DNA of 58,069 bases, counting the filler, from Sphacelaria rigidula (Eukaryota): the NCBI GenBank assembly GCA_964200075.2. It is 6 parts of 6 records of this genome, joined end to end, with 100 filler letters (N's around TTAATTAATTAA, not from the genome) between each part and the next. Parts side by side here need not be neighbours in the genome. Positions count along the whole stretch, not along the records: positions 19,392 to 28,986 come from CAXNAA020008131.1; positions 29,087 to 38,681 come from CAXNAA020008132.1; 4 more parts are not named here. One strand, given 5' to 3'. Each line of letters opens with the position of its first letter. Positions within the stretch are counted from its first letter, which is position 1. The notes under the pieces are model-generated. The model saw only the letters and a list, made by a program, of their open reading frames with translations. It made no database searches and was not told where the DNA came from. A program made the translations under genes and the position numbers. Positions 24,082-36,819 of this stretch are shown piece after piece.

Positions 24082-25486
24082 TCTATCTACCTACTTATTC
24101 ATTAACCTTACTGATTTATTAATCAATTTTTTTTTGCGTTTCTTTTGTGATAGTCTTGTTTTCGTTTGCTCACCTACTCATCTACTCACTTACTTGCTTG
24201 ACTAACTTTTCCTTTATTGCTTGCTTGCTTGCTCGCTCGCTCGCTTGCTTACTTGAGTTTTTAGCACATTAGCTTGTTCATGCCGTTGCCACCCAGCCGT
24301 GGGTCGTAGCACAGATGAATGCACCCAACGTCCATACATGGTGGCGGGCACTCACTTAGCCCTTTTGGGCAGTAGTTTTTACCACTTGGTCGATTACAAC
24401 CTTCCCGGGATTTCATGACTCGATTTGAGTGTAAACACCGATATTCGGATCTTCAGCGGGGCTGACGGCCGGCCCCAACTGCCCCTTGCGTGCGCAAAAG
24501 GCGTTTTCGTCAAAATCGGCGCCTGCGGCGCCGTTTCGAGGTCCGCCAACGCCACGCTTTGCCTAAGGAACGCTTTACACCCCCCTCGCCTGAGAGTTCT
24601 CGGTATGCCTTGGGTTGGGGCCAGGGTTAGGGTTAGCGTTATTTAAAAAAAAAGATATCTCCGAGAAATTTCGTCGTCGACCGAGTGGTAAACACACCTC
24701 CTTTTGGGAGCGGAGTGGAATAACCGGGGTTGAGGACCTTTTGTGAATCGGCATCATTTTCACTTGAAAACGACTTAAGATGATGCCGGTGCACAAATGT
24801 CCCCTGCGTTCAAACTAAGGGTTTACCCCTGGTTGGTGGGAGTCCGATCCCAAAAGGGTTAAGGGATCTCCAGAAAAGGGGGGGGAATATCGCTCCCTGG
24901 ACAGCGACAATGGAGAGAACATTGGCGAGAAGTATACTGCGCACAGTATTGAATTTATCGTCTATTCCCAACAGACGATAGATTCAATACTGTGCGCGGT
25001 GTAATGTTTCCCAGTCTCGACTGATTGTCAAGGGTGTGGAAAACATGTAGAGGCTTTTACTGTCTTGAGAGTAATGGAAAATAAGATCTGGATCTCAAGT
25101 TATTATACACGATTTCCCTTGGTTTTCAAGACAACCGCTTCCCTGGGGTGGAGGGGGGCGCTCTTCTTTGCCATGGCGCGGCAAAGCGTGCCGCCGTGCG
25201 TTTATTGCTTATACCGGCGCCGATTGAAGCGAAAGCAACGAACACTTGGAAGAGGTCGAACGAATCATCGCTGCTTCGAATCGCCATAATCTACGATTTC
25301 TGAGCCCCGATCGTTCGAAAGAGAGAGATAGAAAAGGTGACCACGGGTAAAAAAAACTTCAATCAAGTTGCGTTATTCCACGTGCCTGGGGTGCGTGTAC
25401 TTCGGGGTGCAATGCTGAAAGCAGAGCCCAAGGAGTGATTGATTCTGCTTCGTACGGTACGAATCAAGGACCCTTGACACTTTCTA

Positions 25487-25716
25487 CGACAGCCTCCCTC
25501 CCCCCCCAAAAAGTGCATGCTTAGGGGAGGCAAAATCTTGACGTAAATCGAAATAGAAAAAGCCGAGCTCAAGAGCAGCTGGGAATCCCCACGCTTGGGT
25601 TCGTTCTCGCCGATGTTGCCAATATGAGGCGCTTCATGCAGCCTGAATCCAAACATCAGGTGCTGTATGGACATTGTTTTCGTGACACTTTTGGGCTGTT
25701 TTGGGGGGGGCTATCG
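25487..25716. mobile_element. MITE with TA TSD
   Basis: TA|CGACAGCC-Cn ... Gn-CTATCG|TA; homologs at 13746-13997 and ~28911-28986. Confidence 0.7.
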
Positions 25717-27042
25717 TAAAAAATATCCCTACTAAAAGCAAGCAAACTTTTCGAACGAATCATTGTTCATTCGGCCCTCGAACACTTACCCTAAGAAGTT
25801 GTGGTGGACGCCCGTTGCCCGAGGTTTGTACGGTCTGCCATCTGTCAGGTCGGGGTTGGGGGTTAAAGTTTTGGGGTGCAGTTGGGGATAAGACGGAGAA
25901 AGATCGGGATGTGGTTCCTATGGTCCAGATGGTTGGTCAAGTTCCGTCGATCAAGAGGAAAAGAGGAAGCGAACGGAGTAATTTACAAGAGAGGAAAAAA
26001 AGGGCAAGAAAAAGTGCGGGCGGGGAGGGGGGGAGGGCGAGAAATGAAGGGGATAAGACAGCGCTACAATAATATCCAGGAACGGTCTCAAGTCTGTCCC
26101 GGGGAAAAAAATTGAGTCGCGGGGAAAATGATGTATCACGGGTTAAGGTTATGTAATAACAAGAAGAAGGCAATTTGGTAACGGGTATCTTGAAGAACAT
26201 GTGTAATAAATTATCATTTTAGGCACCCGCTGATGGCATAGAATGCAGAATACCTGTCATGATTAGACGAACTACGAAGAATAGAGTGATGCCACGGTAG
26301 GTATCGGTGCACTTTTTTTTTTCTGAGGCTCTTTGCTGTAAGAGCCAACAACAACAACAACAAAAGCGACATGAAAAAGTGGGGGCCTTTGGCACAACAT
26401 GGGATTCCAATGGGCTGCTTGCGCGGCCCAAAACAAGACACTAAAGTGAACCCAAGTAGCATGGTGGAACATTGTCTCAACTCCATGACCGAAAAAGGGA
26501 CTTGCCAAGCTACATGTCCTTTACCTTCCCTGCTTGTCTAATAAATGTATTCAGTCCTTCGTTCATCATTTTTTGGTTTTGCTCTTTACTTGATCTTCTT
26601 TCCTACGATCAATTTGTTTTCTTCTTTTTCTTTAGCGAGCATTTCCGTTTTTGTTTACATTTGGATACGCACGCCTGTTTTGTGACTAACCGCGGCTGGG
26701 TTTCTCGGGGATCAAATCGTGTGCGACACTCAATCACTCAGGTAATGTCACAAACAAAGCTGACATATACTTCGTATGTATATATATATATAAATCAACC
26801 CCTCTTGCTGTGGATATTTTGGGATCTTGAGTGCGTTTACCTATGAGCATGTGCACATCAAACTCTCAACTTCAGCAGGAATGAGCTATATATAGCATAT
26901 GCATGCGCCCCAAAAGACCACGACGTCGTATACCTCTAGCATTTCCCTTGATTTTTTCTTCGAGTGGCGTAGCTCTCGTGATACTACAGCAACATTAAAA
27001 CTGAAATCATCCCCCCCTCTCACCCCCCTTCCGTATCAACAG

Positions 27043-27308
27043 CAAGGAGGGGCACAAGAAATGCTGGACGACGATGAAACGGGCCTGGTGGAGCGGCTGC
27101 TCCGCCGAACATCAGGCAGAGCTGCCGCTATGGGCGACCGATCCTCGTCATCCTCCAATGATGAGGCAGACAGTATGTCGGCCGCTGCTGCGACCGCCGG
27201 GGTCGGCAGTGACCCATTTTCTGATGAAGAATCCCCGCTCTTGGCAGACCCACGCGGATCTTCAATGGTTGGTGGCGGCGGCGGCGGCGGCGGCGAAAGA
27301 AGCGCAAG
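27043..27308 (+). CDS. Low-complexity exon, possibly of the same OSCA/CSC1 gene
   Basis: C-rich tract and cag acceptor, open frame QGGAQEMLDDDETGLVERLLRR..SDEESPLL..GGGGGGGERSAR, GT donor. Confidence 0.5.
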
Positions 27309-28986
27309 GTCCGTTTCGGCGAAGATGAAATTTCCAAGTCGTGTGTTGTTTTTGTTTTTGCTCTTGTTCTTGTTCGTGACAACGAGTATTTATTGTTTTG
27401 CTCGTATAAATAAAAAAATAAAAAAATATATATATATATGTGTGTGTCTGCTTGTTGAATGGGAAGTTGTTGGGATGGAAAACACGAAAATTGTATTTTG
27501 TATATATTTTTTTTTTCTCTCAGTGCGCGGGCTGCGGGCGCGACGGAGGCGGGGGAAACGAGGGTAGGGCTTTGAATCATTTGGCCTACATCAAACGGAA
27601 CAACCTCTGCTGTTTTTTACGGTACTCATCTGATAGTCTGTCATATTTGCAGGGCATATACGCACGGACATGCACACACGCGCCAAATGTTCTCGATAAC
27701 TACTGAAAATTGTTCACACATTGAGTAAGTAAATACAAACCTATACCGCAAAAACTTGACGCTAGATGTGTGGCATGAAGAAGTATTTGCTATACTCAGG
27801 CAGGCAGAGACCTAAAATACGTTGATACACGGGCGATAGAACTACACTCGCAGATTGAGGTGCAGTGCTGCACAAGCTAGGCGTTGGCCTTTTTGCTGTT
27901 TATTTTAATACTCATGTAATGTACGGAATATAATATACGAGATACCGCAGGGGGTTGCTGTCATTGGTGGCAACACATTTCCTCGGAATCTGCGAGAAAA
28001 TTTTCCCTCGTGGCTGCGGTGTAGGTATACTGGCCTCTTGCTTCCCGAAAAGAAATGATTCTGGGAAAAGACGCCGTACGTGTTATACAGGGTACAGTAT
28101 ATCCATCGTCCGAGGTGATACGGAATCCCTTAGACGCGATGTTTCAGTTACCTTCGGCGGCGACCACTGCGCCAAAACATTTTTCTCGCTGGAATGAAGT
28201 CGAGAAGAACCTGTGATGCTGTTGGAAAATAGTGATGGGTGGATAGATGGGTTGACTGGCACACATGAGCTGATTCTACACTGTGGACAATATCTTATTT
28301 TGTCACAAAAGTGTACTGCGTACAGGATGGAATCTGTTGTCTATTGCGATAGACGTAATAGTCGATACTGTACGCAGTACACTTTCTAGCATTGTGATCA
28401 GCTCTCTTGTCCAGGATATGGCTGATTCGCTATCGTACTAATCTGCATGGCGGTTTTGGTCACGAGATGGGTGTACGTACGAAAGGTGAACTATAAAAGT
28501 GAACGGAAACATGTCCTGAAAGGAACTCGAGAAAAAGAAAAGAAAAGGTAACGACAGAAAAAAAGAAAAGAAAAGGGTGAGTGCACATGTGAAGGTGTTG
28601 ATCCTTTGACCGCCGGAGGTACCCAAATTGTGGAATCGACAGACACCATGTTCAGTCCTTGTTGAAGAGAAAATGATGTCGATTTCACAAACAGACGCCT
28701 CCGTCGGTCAATGGGTCAACGCTGTCCTCTCGGATCAAATGTCTCCGTACTCAGACTACTGTGATATTATGTACTCCATGCATCCCGCTGTACGGTGCTG
28801 CCATGCGAGCACTGTCTACACCTACGTTTGCTGTACTACCGTGATGTACTCCATTCGTCCTACCGTACTGTCTGTCCACTGCCGTACGAGTACTGACCCG
28901 ACACTATCTACGATAGCCCCCCCCCCCAAAAAAAAAGTGCATGGTTTTGGGAGGCAAAATCTTCACGTAAATCGAAACGGGAAAAG

Positions 28987-29086
28987 NNNNNNNNNNNNNN
29001 NNNNNNNNNNNNNNNNNNNNNNNNNNNNNNTTAATTAATTAANNNNNNNNNNNNNNNNNNNNNNNNNNNNNNNNNNNNNNNNNNNN
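28987..29086. other. Artificial contig linker
   Basis: Identical 100-bp structure. Confidence 0.97.
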
Positions 29087-29362
29087 ACGGACTCACCCCG
29101 AGAAAGGGGAGGGGTTCAACGTATGAGAAGAAAAAAAAAACGATCAAGAGCTGATGAGCCACAATCGATATAAGCCGTTTGAACACGGATGAGAGAGTTA
29201 CACTGCCCCTATCGATCAATGCTCGATAACCCTCACGATACCCCTCACTCCGCTACGAATGCTTCCTTTTTGTTTCCCTTCGATCTGTCAAGGAAAGGAT
29301 GAGCTTGCAACGACTGCGTTCGCAGACCCGCCCGAACGGCGCAAATGGTGCCCAAAGTGTTT

Positions 29363-29532
29363 CACACCTTAGACAATATATGGTCAAAAGTTGCAATAGA
29401 CAAGAAACGTACTGCACGAAGTATATGCATATTGCGACTATTGTGGGCCGGTAATAGTTGCAATAGGCCAATATTTTATGTAGTACACTTCTCACATATT
29501 GCATCGATTGACCATATATTGTTCAGGGTGTG
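29363..29532. mobile_element. Palindromic CACACCCTGGA-family MITE
   Basis: Homologous to 23341-23499. Confidence 0.7.
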
Positions 29533-30252
29533 AAGTGTTTACATATGTCATCGATGCCCCCGTCTAATATGGAGCCAAACGTCCTCGGTCAAAGTATCTC
29601 TTAGTTCAGTGGGGTCAGGTTCTTGTGGATGTGTGTGCATACCCTCTGTTGAGCATCTGTAAGACATGCTACATGCACGAGGTGCAAGGCACACCTTTGC
29701 ACTTCTCAAACCTCTCGCCAGCAGGGACAACTGTGCAAGCCTTTTCACGCCAAGCCTTCGATAAGAGGTGTTCAACGTTTCGACAATGCGAAAGGGTTGG
29801 GGGGTTTCCTAGGCATTGGGAGCATTGGAAGCATTTTGCTTGCGGTTCAGGGCACGGGGCCAGTCACAGTAGGCGACCCTTCTCTTCTATTTCGATTTTC
29901 GCTTGAAAAAAAAATCGTGCCATGTGTTGCTAGTTTCTTCATTTTCGGCAGCTACCACGAGGTTCTTCGTCCATCACTATGCCAATGTTCGTAGCCGATT
30001 GGCACAAAAATCAAGGACATAATTCATTCGGTTGGTGGATATCACCAGGGTCTACACGTTACACGTTACACGTTCACGTTACGCTCATCACGTAAAGAGT
30101 ATTTAACGTTCACGTTACGTTCATCACGTAAAACATACTTAACGTTACGTTTCGTTACATGTGACGTAATATGAAACGTTTCAATGTCACGTGTAACGTT
30201 CGAATGTAACGTTTCATTCTGCGCATATCGCGGCTCATTTACCAGTGTTTAA

Positions 30253-30350
30253 TCCTTAGACCGCGAGGTTAGTCTTCTGTTAAATCGGCATCAATTTCAA
30301 GTGAAAAAAAGTATGCATGATCCAGGAAGACTAATCTCGCGGTCTAAGGG
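30253..30350. mobile_element. Tiny TTAA-flanked MITE (piggyBac-like) nested in the hAT element
   Basis: TTAA|(t/c)CCTTAGACCGCGAG(g/a)TTAGTCTTC inverted repeats|TTAA; 98 bp. Confidence 0.78.
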
Positions 30351-30650
30351 TTAAGGCGTTGTAACGTGTCGTTTGAGGCGTGATGTTACCGTGTACGTGA
30401 CGCTGACGGTGACCCGTCGTCTAGTTGTCATGTATAAAAAACACTCTAGGAAAAAACGCGTTTTCTGATAACCCACTTCATACGTGATCAGAAAACGCGT
30501 TTGAAATCCCGCCGCTCGCCAACACACACTCGAGCCCATGACAGCAGCCATGGGTGGCTTGGCTGCCATCACCACTGCTGTCGCTGGTGCTCGCGGGTAG
30601 TCAGCGTGATGCTTCATTGTCCTTCGCTCGCCAGTATCATGGTAGCTCTT

Positions 30651-31061
30651 CACCCCATGAGAACAGCACAGGGCAGGGTCGATGACGAATGCTGTACAAA
30701 CACTTTGTGTGTAGTTTGCACAGAGAGTATCGTGGCTCGCATTTCAGGTCTGTGCATGCAGCGTGATGCGAACAGCACTCGCGATGCAGTACAGACTGCC
30801 CACGCACCCAAGACTGGTGAAGACAGGACCGCACTGACCGTACACACAAGACCACAGTATAAGCGGTAGTGCTTCTGCTGCAGTGTCTACAGGGCTTGGG
30901 TGCTTGGGCAGTCTGTACTGTATTCGAGAGCTGTTTGCAACACGCTGCATATGCTGCATCTATGCACAGAGCGGAACTGAGCTACATTATTGTTCAACCT
31001 ACACACAGAGTGTCTGACAGCACTCGTCATGGACCCTGCCCTGTTTTGTTCTCACGGGGGT
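30651..31061. repeat. Long imperfect inverted repeat (foldback) inside the hAT element
   Basis: accccatgagaacagcacagggcagggtc..cagtacagactgccca mirrored by tgggcagtctgtactg..gaccctgccctgttttgttctcacgggg. Confidence 0.75.
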
Positions 31062-33167
31062 CCATGACACGACAGCAGAGTGCTGCATCTATCTCGCGCG
31101 CGAAATTTCTGCAAAAGTACCATACCTATACCATGGTCATTCAAACTCACTCGTGTTTATTGAAGCACTATCTTCTAGGATTTGAAAATTCATTGCAAAC
31201 TTGAAGGTTCACCGCTGCATGTCATGATGTGACGTGTTCATAACATTTCATGTAACATGTAACGTAACATATGACGTCACGTGTAACGTGTAATAGACGT
31301 TACACGTTACATGAAACATTTCATATTACGTGATTTGAACGTTTGGGCAATCAAACGTTCACGTAACGTTACGTATGTCACGTTGAAAGCATTTAACGTT
31401 ACGTTACGTTTCATTTGAAGTTTTAACCTTACGTTCACCTTATGTTCATCACGTAAAAAAATTAACGCTCACGTTACGTTTCGGCCGAAACGTAACGTGA
31501 ACGTAACGTGTAACGCTGTGGCACGTGTAACATGCAGACCCCTAGATATTACGGCCCGGTTCATCTATTGTAGCGCTGTAACGGGCGCAGTCATCCCATG
31601 ATCACCGCTGAAACGAAGCTCTTCAGATTTGCCCTTGGTTGGTGACATCTGCCGCATGTTCTACTCGTACGCTTGTATATGTACTCAAAGGGCCCAAACC
31701 GTGCAAAACGCAAGGAAATACACGCAGAATCAGGCCATCTTCTACGGGGACGTGGATTCCTTTTCTCCTTTGCTTCTCTTCAATTCTTGTGTCAAAAATC
31801 AAATCGGCCTAGGTCGCGAGTTTTACTTGTATTTCATGTTTGTACGCCGCTATGCAACAACAGCCTGCATCCTCACAGTCCATAACCCCGCGCACGTGAG
31901 CGACTGTTGGAGTCAGCTCTCATACACGACATACCGACACACGGGCATTCGAGCCGTGCCGGGGCGTGGTTCGAGCTGTACAGTTAGTACAGTCCTTCCG
32001 GCTCGGAGCAACGAGGCAATCTCCCTGTCAATCCAAGCATAAGGATACATTTCGTATATTAACCGTTTTGGAACTCGCGAAAACGTCATTTCGCGTTCGG
32101 TTCAAGAATTTACCACATCAGTATACTTGAACTTAGAGTGGTGCATCGTTCTGGTGGGCTGCATCATCAACAGCTGCAGAAAAACAACCATGTCTTGCTC
32201 AAGAAAACGTCAAGTGTAAATCGTCACTTTTCCATCAACGGTTCCAAAATGGTTAAGCGCTTTCGACCTGCACAACGACACGCATCCTTTGCCATCCGGG
32301 CGCCTCAGCCAGGGGTGTACAAGTAATATGTACCGCCGGCTTTCCGTGCTGATGTAAGCACCTCTCTTCCAAGGACGTGTTCCCACCTGACATCAACACA
32401 TTTCACACCGTGGAGTATGACCATTTCAAATGGAACTCGCGCCCTAGAAAAAATATAGCATATATCTCTAAACTGCCTCCATACTATCGACAGGGAACAA
32501 ACACTGCGTTCAAGAAACGTTTTTCTTCTTCACAACCAAGGCAATGTCTTGGATAATCGTTTGAGAAATGCCCTCATTTTTCAACCTCGATCAAACGTAT
32601 AATGAAAAAACGCTATAGCCGAACATGCCTCCATATACACGCGGCGGGTTAGGAATCCGAAGTCCTGAGACTGTACAGGTCCAAAGAGGAGATCGTAGCA
32701 GCTGGGTCGGCTATAGTGCGCCAGCTCTACAACAGTCTTTAAGCAACCGCCATTCGTCAGATCGCCATCGCTAACAACATCACATCGTTGATCGCAAGGA
32801 ATCTTTGGGAACTGACAGTGACGGTTTTCCGACGAGGAATTTGTCGGTTCTTTCGGCGCTGCTTCCTGTATTCACGATGCCGTATCTAATCGGTATGCCA
32901 TAGTTCCCCTACGTGACTCGATGCATGTGCTTTTCTACTCTCTGCACTGTTTGCGTGCAACCTGAAAGTCTGTAGTCCGTCACCAAGAACAACCCCGTCT
33001 CCAAAAGTCACGTCTGCAAGTTGACATGGCAAACTTGAAGCATAAAAAAAGTGTGACCACCACCTGTATTGACCCGACCCACTTCCTAATAGCCCGGGCC
33101 CGATGATACTCGGGAAATCGTCTCAAAATCTTGCACTTTTCCGTTGGAATATTACAAATGGTAGAGT

Positions 33168-33366
33168 TATCTCAGGCTCGGTTCCCGGTCTCCTGCTTTA
33201 TTCACTGGCTCTGGGTTTTGTACTATTTTTTCAAGTGAATGATGGCGATTCATCGGAGGACCTGAGCTGGCGGTCAAAGTGTCTCATCATCTCATGAATC
33301 GCCATCACTTTCACTTGGAAAAATAGAACAAAACAAACCAAGAAACCGGGAACCGAGTTTGAGATA
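33168..33366. mobile_element. Hairpin MITE with TA ends
   Basis: tatctcaggctcggttcccgg..tgatggcgattcat mirrored by atgaatcgccatca..ccgggaaccgagtttgagata. Confidence 0.75.
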
Positions 33367-34397
33367 CCTTTAGTAAGATTGTCAGGTCTTGCCGCAAGAG
33401 GTTAATATCCCTAATCTCTTCGCTTCAGCAGAGTAGTCGGCTAACGCCGCTGTAGCTGGGGGGGTGCTGTGATTTCCCATCCCTATTGACCCGGCCCAAC
33501 AACCTGGCCCTGTCAAACCGGGACTGTCATCCTCCAATCCTCAGTCTGGACTGTGGCCATGCTCCTCACCCTGGGCGCTGACACCCGACATCCAACACAT
33601 CGCTCCATCTCCTATTCTGAGCCCCGTCTCTGCAAGGCTCACCAACTCCGAGTCCACCGTTTTCACACGCTTCGTACGAACATCGCATACCGAGTGAGAA
33701 GCTACAACCTGCACACCCACTGCTCTCGGTTAGACCGTACTCGTCGTGCGCGAGCCCTGTTTATACTACCATAATTATTATTCTCGCAGATAAGTCCGAT
33801 CCATCCAACCTGTGGTCACAGACGTAGGCTAGCCTTTCCAGTACCGTCGCTGCCATCCCTTGCATGAGGTAGACATGAGATGGACCTGTCACAGCTTCTG
33901 TTAGATCTCGGATAACAGCTGAACAACACAAAATAAAACAATGAGAGGGGTGAAGGAAACGAAGGAGATACAACCCCACCCCCAGACCCCCGATGGGGTT
34001 GGTGTCGGTTGGCAACGGCGCTTTAAAACACGCCCCTCACTGCGTGAGCTAGGCCACCAGGTTACCGTTTTTTTTGCGCGCTTACGTTTTTTTTGCGGTA
34101 ATCATGATGGTGGTCGAGCTACATCATAATGTGCGCTATAGGAGAGCCTCAATTCCGCGTAAAAGGAATCATCATACTACGTAGTAGTGGAATGGCGAGA
34201 CACCCATGAGGCAGCGTGTAAGCCGTGGCTGTCCCCGGAAGTGGTAATACCGGAAAATAAAGCAACTCATTGGAGGCTGTCATCCAAATGCAAGATAATG
34301 GTACGCTTCGGGACGAACAATCTTTAGCAGGATGCAGCTCGCCCTTCATGCGACTCGCCGAATACACCACGGCGCTTCGCGCTTGATGATCGATTGG

Positions 34398-34512
34398 GAG
34401 CCTGGTCCGGCGGAAACCCGGCGTGCTGCGTCCCGGCTTTGTAGGGATGCGAGGGCAATGGTCATGTGACTATGGCATGCAAGATCATGAGTACACCCTG
34501 CCCCCTCCCCCC
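34398..34512 (+). mobile_element. LINE 3'-end copy with C-rich tail
   Basis: Reverse homolog of 15070-15190; ends catgagtacaccctgccccctccccc. Confidence 0.7.
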
Positions 34513-36675
34513 ACGAGTTGGCCGGGGTGTGGTAAAAATGAACACAAAAAATCTGCCAATAAAGTAAAAACAAGAAAAGGACAGAAGAAACAAAAACGAG
34601 AAAAAAAGAATGGACAAAAGGAACTAAACTAGATACCAAGCGAGGGACGAACAACAACCCCAGATACCCTCGTAGAAAAATAGGAAAATATCAAAGTTGT
34701 CACCAGCGAGCGTACCACGCGACGGCCTTCTCGCAGTGTTCCGGTGGTCCTCGATAGCGACCATATGATATGAGAAGCGGTTTCCAAAAAAGGTTTGATT
34801 CAGTACACGTATCCAGAAAGCTACAACCTTTTTTCTTCTCAAACTCCTGCATTTTTCAAACTTCGTAAGAACCAGCCCGGAGGATCAAGTATAAGAGTAG
34901 TATATATTAGTTTGACTGCAGCCGGCCCAGTCCGTACAGGCCCGACGAAATTGAACCCTGAACCCTTCTCTAACGCGGCGCTGTACTGTATTCAATGCGA
35001 GAATAAAGGGCGGGCGATGTTCTTCCAACGCAGACACACCACCTGTGCAACCATACACGACAAACGGCAGCTCACCTTCAACAGAATCTCCTCTGAAAAC
35101 CGAGCGTAGTCCACAACTTTAAACGCTTGCCCCGATTTGGTCCATGTCACGATGTCGCTTGACTCGTCTGTCAGAATGTCGTAGAACTTCGAGGCGAAAC
35201 CACGAGCGCCCCCTCCGCGCCGGCCTTTCGCAAAGAAAATGAGAGATGGAGATCATGACAATCATGACGAGAAAAATGTGGGAAATGCGGAAATCCGGAG
35301 AAAATATTTTTGAACCGCTGTTGTCTGTATGTGGCAGAAACACCTACAACAAAAATCAACTCGATGTGTCAACTATTTATGAGGTCGTTCCCGTTACTCG
35401 GGGATTCTGAGCTTTCAAGTCAAGTGCTATAGCTATATGGTACATGCTCCATGTTCCAGGCCTCTAAAGAAAGATGAAACATACACGCACGTGGTAGGGC
35501 GGCTGGTGTAATCAGGTCAATGGGATACGTGGCAAAATGCCTTGCGCCTCTTTTTATTTGCTTGGTGAAGGATAAACCTCGAATCCCAATGTCCTTTGCG
35601 AGCACCTGTCATGAAACAGAGGATAACTGTGAAGTTGGGAAAGACGTTGCTATCCTTGCTACAGGTGTGGTCTGGTCCATTATCAGGCGTAGTCACGACA
35701 CAAGAGAAAAACACTGAAGGATGGTGTACTCTGTGACGAGGGGGCGATGAAACGAAAGAGCCGAATTTTGAGGAAACACAGCAAAAAAGATGAGCAACAA
35801 AGGGCAACTCTACCGCACTCACGCTAAGGAGGGCCACCATCTCTCGACATCGGCATGCATCAAACCATATGCAGTTATGTGAACCGTTGACCGCGGTGCT
35901 ACAGTTGTCCCCATGCCTATGATGACGAAATCAGAATGGGGGCTACTCTGTCGTAAAAAAACATCACCGGCACGTGCTGTTGTCATTCCATTAGCTGCGC
36001 GATAGAAGGCCTGTTGTCGATACGTTTCCTTGTAGGGCGCCCGTCCGAAGTTGACGTGACTGTCGCTGTTACTGCTGTCGTTTTTGCGATGCCTCTGGAA
36101 AGGCAAAGACGAAGGTAGTTGAAAGAGCTTGGGTAGATGCAAGTATCTCATGCACTGTCTGTACTTTCTCAGCAGGCTAGAGTTTGGAGCTCGAGTGTGG
36201 CTTTGTGGGAAATTGGAATATGGCATTCGTGTACGTTAAATTACCATATGTGACGACGTATAACACCCCCTGGCGATAGCTTTTTTACCTCCGACATCTG
36301 ATGATGAACTCGTATGGCCATTCTGTTGACTGTACACACCACATACATTCTATAAATATCGATAATTACCGTAGGATATATTTCATGGAGTAAGTGATCT
36401 AATGCTTGCTATGCATAGCCATGGGTCAAAAGTCAAAATATTCATCATAGGGGGTGTTATGCACCGTCACCTCGCGCAAGGACGTATTCCAAGTTGTTTG
36501 CGGCCGCAGCACATCGGTAGTCTGCAATTCCTTTATCTACATACCAGTCAGCCTCACGGTCACACAAGAGCGAGCGCCCTCGGCAGAGAGACGAACGGTT
36601 GCGTTCTCGAACGGAGGGCGGTCACTCTTCGAATACTCGTAGTGGATATCATCAACGATACCGCTGCACCTGCAG

Positions 36676-36819
36676 GAAGTCAGAAAGTTGAAAGGGTTGA
36701 AATTGCTGTTGGCTCAAGTTGAGGACATGTTGCTCGAGGACGGCGACGAAGTAGAGCATCAGCTTCGAGATATATTGGCTGAGTGCGAGGTTATGCAAGA
36801 TGAAGCAAGGGCGCTTCAG
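36676..36819 (+). CDS. Isolated coiled-coil exon, unknown gene
   Basis: ctgcag|EVRKLKGLKLLLAQVEDMLLEDGDEVEHQLRDILAECEVMQDEARALQ|gt; 144 nt, heptad-like pattern. Confidence 0.5.

Larger units (their letters stand above)
30046..31544. mobile_element. Non-autonomous hAT-like transposon (~1.5 kb)
   Basis: Termini CAGGGTCTACACGTTACACG / CGTGTAACATGCAGACCCCTA; 8-bp TSD gatatcac/gatattac; dense ACGTT/AACGT subterminal repeats. Confidence 0.82.

Noticed and set aside
24612-24640. GGGTTAGGGTTAG telomere-like repeat
   Set aside because: Only about two units inside a probable TE remnant; not a telomere.
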